DNA of 64,000 nt from an uncultured Chloroflexia bacterium (GCA_963813335.1 CAWEYL010000003.1:96001-160000); one strand, 5' to 3'; counted from the stretch's first letter, positions 19,904 to 35,658 are shown. Numbers and translations: made by a program. The notes: generated by a model from the letters alone, not told the origin.

Positions 19904-21348
19904 CAGCCGGCGGCCACGACGGGTTCGGGCGGGATGCGGGCGGGACGATCGTGGCCGGGCAGCGCCGTCCAGCGCGCGATCGCGGCGGCCGTGGCGGCCC
20001 GCAGGCCCTCCTCGAACGGGGCGCGGACCACGCCCTCCTCGGTGACGATCCCGGTGATGAGCTCGGCGGGCGTGACGTCGAACGCCGGGTTGCGGACCTC
20101 CGTCGCGGGCGGCGCGATGGCCACGCCGCGGATGGCCGTGACCTCGACGGCGGCGCGCTCCTCGATCGGGATTGCCGCGCCGTCCGGGGTGTCGAGGTCG
20201 ATCGACGTGGTCGGCGCGCAGACGTAGAACGGGATCCCGTGCCGTGCCGCGAGGACGGCCAGCGTGTACGTGCCGATCTTGTTGGCCGTGTCGCCGTTGG
20301 CGGCGACGCGGTCCGCCCCGACGATGACCACGTCGACCTCACCGCGGGCCATGAGGTGGCCCGCGGCCATGTCCGGGATCAGGGCATGCGGGACGCCGGC
20401 CTGGGCGAGCTCCCAGGCGGTGAGCCGGGCGCCCTGCAGGTAGGGCCGCGTCTCGTCCACCCAGACATGGACCGGGCGGCCGGCATGGTGGGCGGCCTGC
20501 ACGATGCCCAGGGCCGTCCCGAACTGGCCGCAGGCCAGCGGCCCGGTGTTGCAGTGGGTCAGGATGCGGACCGGCCGGTCCTCGGGCTGGGGAAGCTCGG
20601 CCAGGCCGAACTCGGCCATCCGGCCGTGGTCGGTGGTCGCCTCCATGACGATCCGGTCGGCCTCCGCGCGCAGAGCGTCGGCGATGATGCCGCCGTCGTC
20701 CGAGAGGTCGCCGATCTGCTCGTAACGGGCCATCATCCGGTCGATCGCCCAGCGGACGTTGACCGCGGTCGGGCGGGACTGGACGAGGGCGTTGGCGCCG
20801 CCGCGGAGCGTCGCCCGGCGGGCGTAGGGCCGGGAGTCGCGCACGCGTTCGGCCGACAGGGCCAGGCCGATGGCGGCCGCCTGACCCATCGCGGGCGCGC
20901 CGCGGATGATCATCTCGCGCAGCGAGAAGGCGACCTCGCCGGCAGTGCGGTTCTCGACCTCGACGAGCGCGTCCGGCAGACGGCGCTGGTCGATCAGGTA
21001 GAGCACGCCCGGGCCCTCGCGGAACGGCGTCCGGAAGCCGGTCGGGCCGGTCGGCGCGGTCGGCTCCTCCTCGACGAAGCCGGCGAGCATGCCCGCCCCG
21101 GTGGCCGGGTCGAGGATGCCGGCGGCCGCCTCGGCCGACGCCCGCTGCAGTGCCTGGGCGGCACCGGCCATGGTGGCGGCGGTCTGGACGATCTCCCCGG
21201 CGAACTGGCGGAAGAAGCGGCGCCGGCCGAGGTCCACGCCCTCGGGCGCCGGCGGCGCGTCAGGCGGGGGCGTCGCCGGATCGGCGGCGGTATCCGTGGG
21301 CGGCGACCCGCCCGGCGACTCCGCGGATGTCCCGCGCGTGGGGTCCAC
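19903..21348 (-). CDS. mtnA: S-methyl-5-thioribose-1-phosphate isomerase with an ~100-aa N-terminal extension
   Basis: LIDQRRLP, IRGAPAMG, RPTAVN, LTHCNTGPLA, DETRPYLQGARLTAWEL, GDTANKIGTY, NPAFDVTP. Confidence 0.93.
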   Translation of the reverse strand: MDPTRGTSAESPGGSPPTDTAADPATPPPDAPPAPEGVDLGRRRFFRQFAGEIVQTAATMAGAAQALQRASAEAAAGILDPATGAGMLAGFVEEEPTAPTGPTGFRTPFREGPGVLYLIDQRRLPDALVEVENRTAGEVAFSLREMIIRGAPAMGQAAAIGLALSAERVRDSRPYARRATLRGGANALVQSRPTAVNVRWAIDRMMARYEQIGDLSDDGGIIADALRAEADRIVMEATTDHGRMAEFGLAELPQPEDRPVRILTHCNTGPLACGQFGTALGIVQAAHHAGRPVHVWVDETRPYLQGARLTAWELAQAGVPHALIPDMAAGHLMARGEVDVVIVGADRVAANGDTANKIGTYTLAVLAARHGIPFYVCAPTTSIDLDTPDGAAIPIEERAAVEVTAIRGVAIAPPATEVRNPAFDVTPAELITGIVTEEGVVRAPFEEGLRAATAAAIARWTALPGHDRPARIPPEPVVAAG

Positions 21349-21375
21349 CGATGGCCTGCCTCGACCGCGTCCGGG

Positions 21376-21897
21376 TCAGTACTGGACGACGCTGGTGACC
21401 CGGCGCCCTTCCAGTCGATCGCGGCCCTTGAGGAAGTCCAGCTCGACGAGGAACGCGAGGCCCGTCACGTCGCCACGCAGCCGCTCGACGAGCTCGATCG
21501 TGCCCTTGACGGTGCCGCCGGTGGCCAGCAGGTCGTCGACGATCAGGACCTTCTGCCCAGGCTGGATCGCGTCGCGGTGGATCTCGAGGGTGTTCGACCC
21601 GTACTCGAGCGCGTACTCGACGGTGATGGTCTCGGCCGGCAGCTTGCCCAGCTTGCGGACCGGGACGAGCCCGGCGCCCAGCTGGTAGGCCATCGGCGCG
21701 CTGAAGATGAACCCCCGCGATTCCATGCCGACGACCAGGTCGATCTTCTCGCCGAGGTACGGGGCGAGCATCAGGTCGATGGCTTCCTTGTAGGCGGCCG
21801 GATCCTTCAGGAGCGTCGTGATGTCGTAGAAGAGGATGCCGGGCTTGGGGAAATCGGGGATCTCGCGGATCTTCGCGCGGAGCTCCTCGGCGGACAT
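21376..21897 (-). CDS. apt: Adenine phosphoribosyltransferase
   Basis: IPDFPKPGILFYDITT, ESRGF, RKLGKLP, YALEYG, IVDDLLATGGT. Confidence 0.97.
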   Translation of the reverse strand: MSAEELRAKIREIPDFPKPGILFYDITTLLKDPAAYKEAIDLMLAPYLGEKIDLVVGMESRGFIFSAPMAYQLGAGLVPVRKLGKLPAETITVEYALEYGSNTLEIHRDAIQPGQKVLIVDDLLATGGTVKGTIELVERLRGDVTGLAFLVELDFLKGRDRLEGRRVTSVVQY

Positions 21898-22025
21898 CGG
21901 TATCGGGGCCTCCACGGTGGGGACGGCGGGCGCCGGTGGGGCGGGCGCGGACCGGCCAGAAGTCTACCGCAGGCGAGCGGGCCGGCCCAGCCGGGTGCGG
22001 GCCCCGGTGCGGGCGCCCGCGCGGG

Positions 22026-23483
22026 TCAGGCGGAGGTCGCCCGCGTCGCGACGGCGATGGCCGGCGTGGCCGCGGATCGCCCGTGCAGCCGGCTCGTCAG
22101 GAGGACGCCGCCGATCCCGACCAGGATCGCGACCGCGAAGGCGCCGACCAGGCCGTCGACCGGTCCGCCGGTCGAGCGGATGCTGGCCGCGACGATCGCG
22201 CCGGAGACCCCGGTCCCGAGCGCCGTGCCGAGCGTGTCGGAGAGGCTGAGCGCGCTCGTGGCGGCGCCCTGCGTCTCGGGTGGCGCCTCGCGCAGCACGA
22301 TCAGCGAGAGCGGCGCATAGCCGAGCCCCATCCCGAGGCCCGCCAGCGCGAAGGTGGGCACCGCCAGGGCGACCGGCACCGATGGCGCGAGGATCGTCGA
22401 GAAGGCGATGAGGCCGATCACCGTGACCACCAGGCCCGCCCGGACGAAGCGGGCAGTCGGCCAGCGACCCGCATAGCGAGCCTGGATCCACGAGCCGGCG
22501 GTCCACGAGACGGTGGCGGCGGTCAGCACGATCCCCGCGGCGATCGCCGAGAGGCCCCGCCACGACTCGAGGGTCAGGGTGGCGTAGGCGTCGACGGCGA
22601 AGAAGGTGAACGTCATCACGCCGCGCAGGAGGACCGCGGCGGGCAGGACCGGCCGCGCCGTCAGCGTGCCCGGCGGGGTCAGGCGGCGAAGCGCCGGGAT
22701 CCCCACCACGAGACCGGCCGCGATGAGTCCGAGCGTGACGCCCGGCTCCGAGTCGAGCGGCACGATGCCGCCGTGTCCTGGCGTCAGCCCGACCATGACC
22801 AGGCCGGCGCCGAGCGCGACCAGCAGGGCGTTCGGGAAGCGGTGGCGCTCGGCGGTCGCGGCGGCGGCCTCGGCATCGGCCGCCGGGCCGCTCGGGACGA
22901 CCCGCGAGACCGCCCGATAGGTGAGCAGGCCGGCGACCGCGATCAGCGGCAGCAGCCCGAGGAAGACGTAGCGCCAGCCGAGCGTCTCGCCGACGACGCC
23001 GGCGATGGCCGGGCCGATCACGCCGGGCAGGACCCAGGCGGTCGACAGCGTCGCGAACATCCGCGGTCGGAGCGATTCCGGCAGGCTTCGGCCGATGGCG
23101 ACATAGGCGATCGGCGGGATCGCCCCGGCACCAAGGCCCTGGATGAACCGGGCGCCGATCAGCATCGGCATCGAGACCGCCAGACCGCCGATGAGCAGCC
23201 CGATCGCGAAGAGGCCCAGGCCGATCGCGAGCGGGCGCCCCAGGCCGCCCTGGTTGATGACGCCGCCGACGACCGCGATGCCGATCAGCGAGCCGAGGAA
23301 GAACGAGGTGAAGACCCAGCCGTAGTGCTCGAGGTCGCCCAGGTCCCGCGCGACGATCGGCAGCACCGTCGAGATCGCGAGGGCCTCGAACGCCACCAGG
23401 GTGATCGTGAGGACCAGCCCGATGGTCAGGCCACGTCGGGCCGGCGACCAGAGGCTGTCAGGGCCGGAGCCTGGGCGTTGCAT
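22026..23483 (-). CDS. MFS transporter (14-TMS drug:H+ antiporter-like)
   Basis: TLVAFEALAISTVLP, GARFIQGLGAG, WVLPGVIGPAIAG, GWRYVF. Confidence 0.88.
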   Translation of the reverse strand: MQRPGSGPDSLWSPARRGLTIGLVLTITLVAFEALAISTVLPIVARDLGDLEHYGWVFTSFFLGSLIGIAVVGGVINQGGLGRPLAIGLGLFAIGLLIGGLAVSMPMLIGARFIQGLGAGAIPPIAYVAIGRSLPESLRPRMFATLSTAWVLPGVIGPAIAGVVGETLGWRYVFLGLLPLIAVAGLLTYRAVSRVVPSGPAADAEAAAATAERHRFPNALLVALGAGLVMVGLTPGHGGIVPLDSEPGVTLGLIAAGLVVGIPALRRLTPPGTLTARPVLPAAVLLRGVMTFTFFAVDAYATLTLESWRGLSAIAAGIVLTAATVSWTAGSWIQARYAGRWPTARFVRAGLVVTVIGLIAFSTILAPSVPVALAVPTFALAGLGMGLGYAPLSLIVLREAPPETQGAATSALSLSDTLGTALGTGVSGAIVAASIRSTGGPVDGLVGAFAVAILVGIGGVLLTSRLHGRSAATPAIAVATRATSA

Positions 23484-23572
23484 GACCGGAAGCATGCCGT
23501 CCCGGCGACGACGCCGCCACGGGCAAGCGTCGCGGGCCGCGACGGACGTTCGTCGCGGTCGCGGGCTGCGGG

Positions 23573-24608
23573 TCAGTCCCCGCCGAGCGAGGCAGCCGCC
23601 ACCTCGGTGCGCAGCCTGGCCTCCGCCGCGGACCGTTCCGCCGCGCTCCGGCCAGGAAGCCGGTCGAGGCCGAGCAGGGCGGCCCCGAGCACCGGCGGGG
23701 CGTCAAGCCGGTGGATCGTCGCGCGCGGCGCGACCGCGTGGACACCGGTGGCGATGCGCGCTTCGAGCGTCGCGTCCCGCGCCCGGAAGACACCGCCGGC
23801 GAGGACGACGACAGGGTCCCGGCGCGTCAGGTGCAGCCGCCGGATCATCGCGTTCGCCATCGTCGCGAGCTCGTCCGCGAGGCGGTCGAGGATCGCCCGG
23901 GCGACACCATCCCCGTCGCCGGCCGCGGCGAAGACGACCGGGGACAGGCCGTAGAGCGCGGTCTCGGGCATCCGCCCGTACTCGATCGCCCAGGTCACGT
24001 CGATCGGCCTCTTGAGCCCGAAGAACGCGGGCACGGTCCGCTCGAGGACGGTCCGCGGGCCGCGGCCATCGCGGGCGCGGACCGCGGCGCCCAGTGCGGC
24101 GAGGCCGATGGCGCCACCACCGCCCCAGTCGCCCGAGATCGGGCCGAGGGCCGCCAGCCTGGCGGTCCGCCCGTCCGGGCCGATGCCGGCGGCGTTCACG
24201 CCGGCGCCGCAGATGATCCCGACCCCCCAGCCCCGCGCCGTTCCGGCGCGGATCGGGGCGATGGCATCGTTGACGATGATCGAGGTCGCGGCGAGTCGCC
24301 GGGCGGCGAAGGCGGCCGCCAGCCGGCGGACGTCGGCAGGCGTGTCCGCGCCGGCCAGCGCGTACGACCCGATGGTCGCGGTCGGGCGCTCGCCGGACGG
24401 CGCGAGACCCGCGGCCGCCCAGGTGGCGTCCGCCTGCTCGACGAGACGGTCGGCACCGGCGTCCATGCCGACCTTCTGGTGCGAGCTCGTCGGGCCCGCG
24501 CCCGGCGGCCAGCAGGCGACCGTCACGCCCGACGAGGAGGAGATCCGTCTTCGAGTTCCCCCCGTCGACGGCCAGGACCGCGACCTCGGGTTGCCGCCCG
24601 GGACTCAC
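23573..24608 (-). CDS. BadF/BadG/BcrA/BcrD-family sugar kinase (N-acetylglucosamine kinase-like); one +1 frameshift near 24495
   Basis: LAVDGGNSKTD phosphate-1 motif in one frame, then LAGAD, IVNDA, ICGAGVNAAG, SGDWGGG, VVLAGGV in the 23573..24526 frame; GTGA overlap with the deacetylase. Confidence 0.85.
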
Positions 24609-25251
24609 GTGACGCCGCTCGGGACCTCGCCGAGCGCATCGATCGTGACGAAGGTCGCCCCGGCATCGCGCAGCCGGGACACGATCGGCGCGAGCGCCTC
24701 GCGCGTCGCCGTCGGCCAGGCGTGCAGCAGGACGACCGCGCCGTCGCCATGGGCGATGGCGCCATCGACCACCGCTCGCTCGATGGTGGCTGGGGACCTG
24801 GCCGGGTCCCAGTCCTCGACGCCGACGTGCCAGCCGACGTGCCGGTAGCCCGCGGCCCGCAGCGCGGCCTGGACCCGCGGGTCGTCCGCGCCCGCGCCGA
24901 ACGGGCAGCGGAACCACGGGCGCGGGTCCTCGTCGGTCGTCTCGAGGATCACCCGGCCCGCCTCGGTCAGGTCCTCCAGCAGGCCCGCGTCGGTGAACAG
25001 CGGCATCCGGGCATGGTAGTAGGAGTGGTTGCCGACGAGATGGCCGGCGGCCGCGATCGAGCGTGCCGTCGTCGGGTACGCCTCGGCCCAACGGCCCTGG
25101 ACGAAGCACGTGGTCCGCAGCCCCAGGCCGGCCAGCAGGCCGAGCATCGTCTCGGTCGCGTCTGCGGTCGCGGGCCGGTCGTGGTGCTCGACGTCGAACG
25201 TCAGCGCGACCCGGAACGGATCCGCGGCCCGCGGCGCGTCGCCACCCGCCA

Positions 25252-25252
<1 letters not shown>
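24605..25252 (-). CDS. Polysaccharide/oligosaccharide deacetylase (CE4, NodB-like)
   Basis: VALTFDVEH, GNHSYYH, FRCPFG, DW, VVLLH motifs; no signal peptide. Confidence 0.88.
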
Positions 25253-26379
<1,127 letters not shown>

Positions 26380-26382
26380 CGC

Positions 26383-27330
26383 CTAGCGACCATCGCCCGC
26401 GTAGTAGACCCAGCGGCGCGACAGGCGGAAGAGGATCAGGGTGATGACCAGCGAGATCGCGAACAGGAGCCACGCCAGCGTCGCCCCATACGACATGTTC
26501 TGGAACGTGAAGAAGTTCTTGTAGATGTAGAGGTTGAAGAACAGCGTCGACCCGCCAGGCTCGCCGGTACCGTTCTTCAGGACCAGCGGCACGAGGAAGT
26601 ATTGGAGCACCTCGACCACGCCCAGCACGAGCGTGTAGAAGATGACCGGCGACATCATCGGGATGGTCACGTGGCGGAGCGACGCCCAGGCGCCGGCGCC
26701 ATCGATGCGGGCCGCGTCGTAGAGCTCGGTCGGGATGCCGCGGAGCCCGGCCAGGTAGACGATCATGCCCGCCCCGATGCCCCACAGGCCCATGATCACC
26801 AGGCCGGAGTAGATCCAGGTGGGGTCCTGCAGCCAGTCGGGCGGGTGGGCGATCCCGATGGCCTCGAGCGCCCCGTTGAGCCAGCCGGAATCGGCGCTGA
26901 GCATCTCGCGCCAGATGAAGACGCCGGCGACGAACGGGATGACGTACGGCAGGAAGAAGAGCACGCGGAAGCCGCCCGAGCCGCGCAAGTGGCGGGAGTG
27001 GAGCATGAGCGCCACGAGGAACGGCAGGCCGACGGCCACCGGCAGGGCGATCAACGCGTACTTGAATGTGACGATCAGCGCGTCCCAGGTCCGCTGGTCC
27101 GCGACGAGGTTGGCCCAGTTGTCCAGGCCGACGAACCTGAGCGGCTCGGCCTGGAGCAGGTTGATGTTGGTGAAGGTGAAGACGAATGTCGCCACCATCG
27201 GGAACAGCGTGAACGCGAAGAACCCGATGATCCACGGCGCGATGAAGAGGTACCCCCAGCGCGCGCGTCGCCAGGCGAGCCCGCTGAACGGGCGTCGGCG
27301 GGGACGCGCGACGCTGGTGGTGGCCGCCAT
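26383..27330 (-). CDS. Carbohydrate ABC permease (MalF-like)
   Basis: YLFIAPWIIGF, FRVLFFLPY, LYDAARIDGA, MSYGATLAW. Confidence 0.9.
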   Translation of the reverse strand: MAATTSVARPRRRPFSGLAWRRARWGYLFIAPWIIGFFAFTLFPMVATFVFTFTNINLLQAEPLRFVGLDNWANLVADQRTWDALIVTFKYALIALPVAVGLPFLVALMLHSRHLRGSGGFRVLFFLPYVIPFVAGVFIWREMLSADSGWLNGALEAIGIAHPPDWLQDPTWIYSGLVIMGLWGIGAGMIVYLAGLRGIPTELYDAARIDGAGAWASLRHVTIPMMSPVIFYTLVLGVVEVLQYFLVPLVLKNGTGEPGGSTLFFNLYIYKNFFTFQNMSYGATLAWLLFAISLVITLILFRLSRRWVYYAGDGR

Positions 27331-27333
27331 GGG

Positions 27334-28839
27334 TCAGTTGCCGCCCTTGTCCCAGATGGCCTGCATCTGCGACTTCATGTCGGCGATCTCCTTGTCGAGG
27401 TCGAGCCCGGGCGTCGCCTGCCACTTGGTGCCGAACGTGTTGATCAGGTCCAGCGTCTGGTTGTAGGCGGGCACATAGGACTCGAAGTTCGGGACGTCAG
27501 CGAAGGCGATGCCCTGCTTGGCCACGTTCCAGTCGATCGTCTGCGTGTAGTCGGCCTGGAGGCTCTGCAGGAAGGCATCCTGCTTCGACTCGACCGCCGG
27601 CATGGCACCGTAGGTCTTGAGCAGCTCGTCGGATTGGAGCAGGTACTGGAGGACCGTGAACGCCTCGTCGGGGTGCTTGCTGCTCTTGAGGATCCGGAAC
27701 GTGTCGGCGTTGAACGCCGCCGTCGTCTGGCCCTGATAGGACGGGGTCGCCCCGAGGTTCCAGTCGTCACCGGCGCCGGACACGCCGTACGTCGACCACA
27801 GGTAGTTCTCGCTCATCGCGACCTTGCCGGTGAAGAACGGATAGCCCTCGGGGTTGAAGTTCGTGTCGAGGAACTTCGGCCCGGTGACGCTGAAGTGGTC
27901 CTTCCAGATGCCATCGTAGAAGTAGTGCCAGGACGCCGCCCACGCGTCCGGGATCTGGACGGTCTTGCCGTCGCTCGCGGCGAACGAGCCGGCCTTCCAA
28001 TAGGCGCCCACCTGGCGGATGTCGTCGCGCTGCGGCTCGAAGCCCCACTGGACGATGTTGTCGGGATCGAACCCGGCCTCGGTCGCGTCCTTCCCGTTCT
28101 TGTCGACGGTCAGCATCAGCGCGAGCTTGTGGACGGTGTCGTAGTCCCATGGGACGGTCGAGCCGTCGGGCATCTTGTAGGTGCTGTTCCACTGGTGCGG
28201 CGGCTCGGCGAGGCCGGCCTCCTTGAAGAGGCTCGCCTTGTAGAAGAGCGCCGACGGGTAGATGGCGTACGGGATCCCGGCCTGGCCCTCGCCCGCCACG
28301 TTGTACAGCTGGACGGTGTTCGCCGGGTACTGGGTCATGTCGTAATGGTTCTTGTCGATGAGCGGCTGGAGGTCCAGCCACTGCCCGTGGAACGCGTTCG
28401 CGCCGCCGATGCCGACCGGCCCGACGATGTCAGGTCCGGCGCCCGACCCGAGCTGGACGGCCAGCGAGTCGCGCGCCAGCTGGTACGGGTAGCCCTCGAA
28501 GCGCAGGTGGATGCCGGGGTGCGAGGCGTTGAAGTCCTCGGCGACCTTCTGCTCCACGTCAACCTGCTCGGGCGCGTCGCCCGTGCCCAGGCAGCAGTAC
28601 CAGCGGATCTCGACGTCGCCGGGCTTGGCGCTCGACTGGTTGCCCGGGATCGCGGTGGGCGGCGGGGTGACGCTCGTGTCCGCGGACGCCTCGGCCGATG
28701 CCGCGGCGGATGTCCCCGGCGAGGCACCGGCCGCCGTCGAGGCCGCCGGTGACGGGGTCGTGGTGGTGCTCGAGCACGCGACGGCCATGAGCGCCGCCGA
28801 TGCGAGGAGCGCAGCGAGGCGCCCCAGCCGTTGGTCCAT
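27334..28839 (-). CDS. Carbohydrate ABC substrate-binding lipoprotein
   Basis: Lipobox AVAC plus Ser/Thr/Ala linker; FNASHPGI, PDIVGP, LDLQPLI, LFYKASLFKEAGL; GGAGG RBS. Confidence 0.88.
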   Translation of the reverse strand: MDQRLGRLAALLASAALMAVACSSTTTTPSPAASTAAGASPGTSAAASAEASADTSVTPPPTAIPGNQSSAKPGDVEIRWYCCLGTGDAPEQVDVEQKVAEDFNASHPGIHLRFEGYPYQLARDSLAVQLGSGAGPDIVGPVGIGGANAFHGQWLDLQPLIDKNHYDMTQYPANTVQLYNVAGEGQAGIPYAIYPSALFYKASLFKEAGLAEPPHQWNSTYKMPDGSTVPWDYDTVHKLALMLTVDKNGKDATEAGFDPDNIVQWGFEPQRDDIRQVGAYWKAGSFAASDGKTVQIPDAWAASWHYFYDGIWKDHFSVTGPKFLDTNFNPEGYPFFTGKVAMSENYLWSTYGVSGAGDDWNLGATPSYQGQTTAAFNADTFRILKSSKHPDEAFTVLQYLLQSDELLKTYGAMPAVESKQDAFLQSLQADYTQTIDWNVAKQGIAFADVPNFESYVPAYNQTLDLINTFGTKWQATPGLDLDKEIADMKSQMQAIWDKGGN

Positions 28840-28867
28840 CTCGTTCCTCCGGTGGTGTTGACGTTCG

Positions 28868-29692
28868 CTACCGGGCGACCCGGCGACCTGCGATCTCACC
28901 GATCCGTTCCTCCTCCTTCGATCCCTGGGCCTCCGGCGCGTGCATCCACCGCGGCCGGACGACCACTCGTTCCACGTAGTAGCGCGTGCGATCGCCGCGC
29001 ACGAACGTCCGGCCGAGCTCGACCGGGGTCCCGTCGTCCGTGGAGGCGATGCCTTCGATCAGGAGTGCCGGCGTGCCCGGCTTGCGGTCCAGCAGGCGGG
29101 CCTCGCGAGCCCGCAGCAGGACCGGTTCGAGGACCTCGCGGGCCCTGGCGATGCGCACGCCGTAGCGCTCGGTGAGCAGGTCGTACAGCGAGCCGTGTTC
29201 GAGGTCCGAGGCGAGCAGCCCCGGGAAGCGCTCGGCCGGCAGGTGGACCTGCTCGAGCAGCAGCGGCTCGCCGTCGGCCAGCCGGAGGCGCTCCAGGTAG
29301 AGCGTCGGCGAGCCCGGTTCCAGTCCCAACGCCGTGGCGACCGCCTCGCCCGCGGATTCAGGTCGCGCGGCGATCAGCCGGGTCGCCGGGTCGAGGCCGC
29401 GGGTCTGCATCTCCTCCGAGAACGACAGGTCCCCGGCGAAGTCGCGGTCGATGCGCGGATGCAGGACGAAGGTGCCGCGGCCGCGGGTCCGCTCGAGGCG
29501 CTGCTCGCGGACCAGCTCGCTCAGCGCCCGCCGGACCGTGATGAGGCTGCACCCGTAGCGCTGCGCCAGGTCGCGTTCGGTGGGAAGCCGGTCGCCGGGG
29601 CGCCATTCGCGCTCGTCGAGGGCGGCCTTCAGGTCCAGGTAGACCTGGTGGTGCAGCGGGATCGGGCCGAGTTCGAGTCGAAAACGTGCCAT
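28868..29692 (-). CDS. GntR-family regulator, HutC/UTRA subfamily (DasR/NagR-like)
   Basis: PLHHQVY, GDRLPTERDLAQRYGCSLITVRRAL, RGRGTFV, UTRA SFSEEM...SLYDLL. Confidence 0.92.
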   Translation of the reverse strand: MARFRLELGPIPLHHQVYLDLKAALDEREWRPGDRLPTERDLAQRYGCSLITVRRALSELVREQRLERTRGRGTFVLHPRIDRDFAGDLSFSEEMQTRGLDPATRLIAARPESAGEAVATALGLEPGSPTLYLERLRLADGEPLLLEQVHLPAERFPGLLASDLEHGSLYDLLTERYGVRIARAREVLEPVLLRAREARLLDRKPGTPALLIEGIASTDDGTPVELGRTFVRGDRTRYYVERVVVRPRWMHAPEAQGSKEEERIGEIAGRRVAR

Positions 29693-29784
29693 CGGGCGGG
29701 GCGGACCTCGGGCGACGGGTGCAGACTCTCTGGAGCGCTGGCGGCGATCGATGCTCGGGCCATCGCGGGGACTTGAAGCCGCCG

Positions 29785-29812
29785 CGATTGCTGATAACGT
29801 TATAAGCAATCG
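29785..29812. promoter_or_regulatory. 28-bp near-perfect palindrome CGATTGCT-G-ATAACGTTAT-A-AGCAATCG; probable GntR operator, abutting a minus-strand TTGACA (29813-29818)
   Basis: AT-rich inverted repeat (one mismatched pair) between the divergent gntR and GH4 genes. Confidence 0.75.
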
Positions 29813-29853
29813 TGTCAAGCCCCGGTGGCTGACGGCGCGTGGAGTGAGGGGCG

Positions 29854-31123
29854 ATGGGCGTCAAGATCGCCGTGGTCGGCGGCGGCAGCACCTACACACC
29901 GGAACTCGTCGAGGGCTTCGAGGCACGCCGTGACCGCATGCCCATCGACGAGCTGGTCCTGCTCGACACGGATCCGCGCCGCCTCGAGATCGTCGGCGGC
30001 CTGGCCCAGCGGATGCTCGACCGGCTCGACTGGACCGGCCGACTCCGCTGCACCGGCGACCGCGACACGGCCATCGACGGCGCCGACTTCGTCCTGATCC
30101 AGCTCCGCGTCGGCGGCCAGGCCGGCCAGGCTCGTCGACGAGACGCTGCCGCCGACGTTCGGCGTGGTCGGCCAGGAGACCACTGGGGCAGGCGGCTTCG
30201 CCAAGGCGCTGCGGACCGTGCCGCTGGTGCTGGAGCTCGCCGAGCTGACCGCGAAGCGCGGCGCACCCGGCGCGTGGATCGTGGATTTCACCAACCCGGT
30301 CGGGATCGTCAGCCAGGCGCTGCTCGACGCCGGGCACCGCGCGATCGGGCTGTGCAACGTCGCCATCAACATCCAGCGCGGGATGGCGGAGCGGTTCGGG
30401 GTCTCGCCCGAGCGGGTCGAGCTCGAGCACGTCGGGCTCAATCACCTGAGCTGGGAGCGCGCGGTCCGGATCGACGGCGTCGACCGTCTGCCCGAGCTGA
30501 TCGACGGCGATGCCGAGGCGCTCGCGTCGATGGTCGGCGTCCCGGCCGATCTGGTCCGGGCCGCTCCGCGCGATCCCCTCGTACTACCTGCGCTACTACT
30601 ACCAGACCCGACCAGGTCGTCGACGACCAGCGCGCCGGCCATACCCGGGCGCAGGAGGTCATCGACATCGAGAGCCAGCTCCTCGACCTCTACCAGGACC
30701 AGGGCCTGGCCGAGAAGCCGGCCCTGCTCGCGACCCGCGGCGGCGCGTACTACAGCGAGGCCGCGGCCCAGCTGATCGCGTCGCTCCATGACGGAGCCGG
30801 TGACATCCAGGTCGTCGACGTGCGCAACGACGGGGCACTGCCCCGACCTGCCCGACGCGGCCGTGGTCGAGATCCCGGCGCAGGATCGACCGCGACGGCG
30901 CGCATCCCCTCCCCCTCGGGCCGCTGTCCTCGGACATGCTCGGCCTCGTCGAGGCGGTGAAGGCCTACGAGATGCTCACCATCGAGGCGGCGATGACCGG
31001 CGACCGGCGGACCGCGCTGCGCGCCCTGCTGGCCAATCCGCTGGTCGCCGACTACGACATCGCGGCGCCACTGCTCGACGCGCTGCTCGAGGCCAACCGC
31101 TCACACCTGCCGCGCTTCTTCGG

Positions 31124-31127
<4 letters not shown>
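29854..31127 (+). CDS. GH4 NAD+-dependent 6-phospho-beta-glucosidase (ChbF/LicH-like); five +1 frameshifts (~30125, 30560, 30608, 30843, 30881)
   Basis: KIAVVGGGSTYTPELV, QLRVGGQ, GQETTGAGG, DFTNPVG, GLCN, GLNHLSW, IPSYYLRYY, RGGAYYSEAA, VKAYE, ALLANPLV spread over three frames; removing 5 nt gives 423 codons. Confidence 0.88.
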
Positions 31128-34962
<3,835 letters not shown>

Positions 34963-34970
<8 letters not shown>

Positions 34971-35658
34971 CGGCGCCGCCCTCCTCGGACGGGCGGACCT
35001 TGCGCCAGCCGGTCTTCGTGCGGCGGACGCCGTCCGCACCGGGTGGCCCGTCGACCTCGCCGGGTGCGGCGAGCCGGTCGGTGTCGGCCGGCCGGAGCTC
35101 GAACTTGTTGAAGTGGTTGGCGGCCTTGCTGGTCCCCTCGCGAGCCCACGCCTCCACGGCATCCGCGGCCGCATCGAGCAGCTCGTCGAGCCGCTGCTGC
35201 TCGTCGGGCGCGAACTTCGACAGCACGTGGTCGATCGCCGTCCGGTCCGGCTCGCCGATCCCGACGCGAAGGCGACTGAACTTCTCGGTGCCGAGCTCGT
35301 CGACGATGGAGCGCAGGCCGTTGTGGCCGCCCGGGCCGCCGCCCTCGCGGAAGCGGAGCTTGCCGAACGGCAGGGCGAAATCGTCGGCGACGACCAGGAG
35401 GTCGACCAGCGGGGCGTGCTCGCGCTGCAGGACCTTGCGGACCGCGCGGCCCGAGTCGTTCATGTACGTCAGCGGCTTGACCAGCGTCAGGTCCAGGCTG
35501 CGGTAGCGGCCGCCGACGACATTGGAGGCGTCGCGCTGGCGGCCCTTGCCGGTCCAGCCGGCCCGCTCCGCGATGCGGTCCATCACGAGCCAGCCGACGT
35601 TGTGGCGCGTCCCCGCGTACTGCGACCCGGGGTTCCCGAGCCCGACCACCACCTTCAA
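34963..35658 (-). CDS. pth: Peptidyl-tRNA hydrolase
   Basis: KVVVGLGNPG, TRHNVG, KPLTYMNDSG, GGHNGLRS, RLRVGIG; TTG start with GGAGG RBS. Confidence 0.96.
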
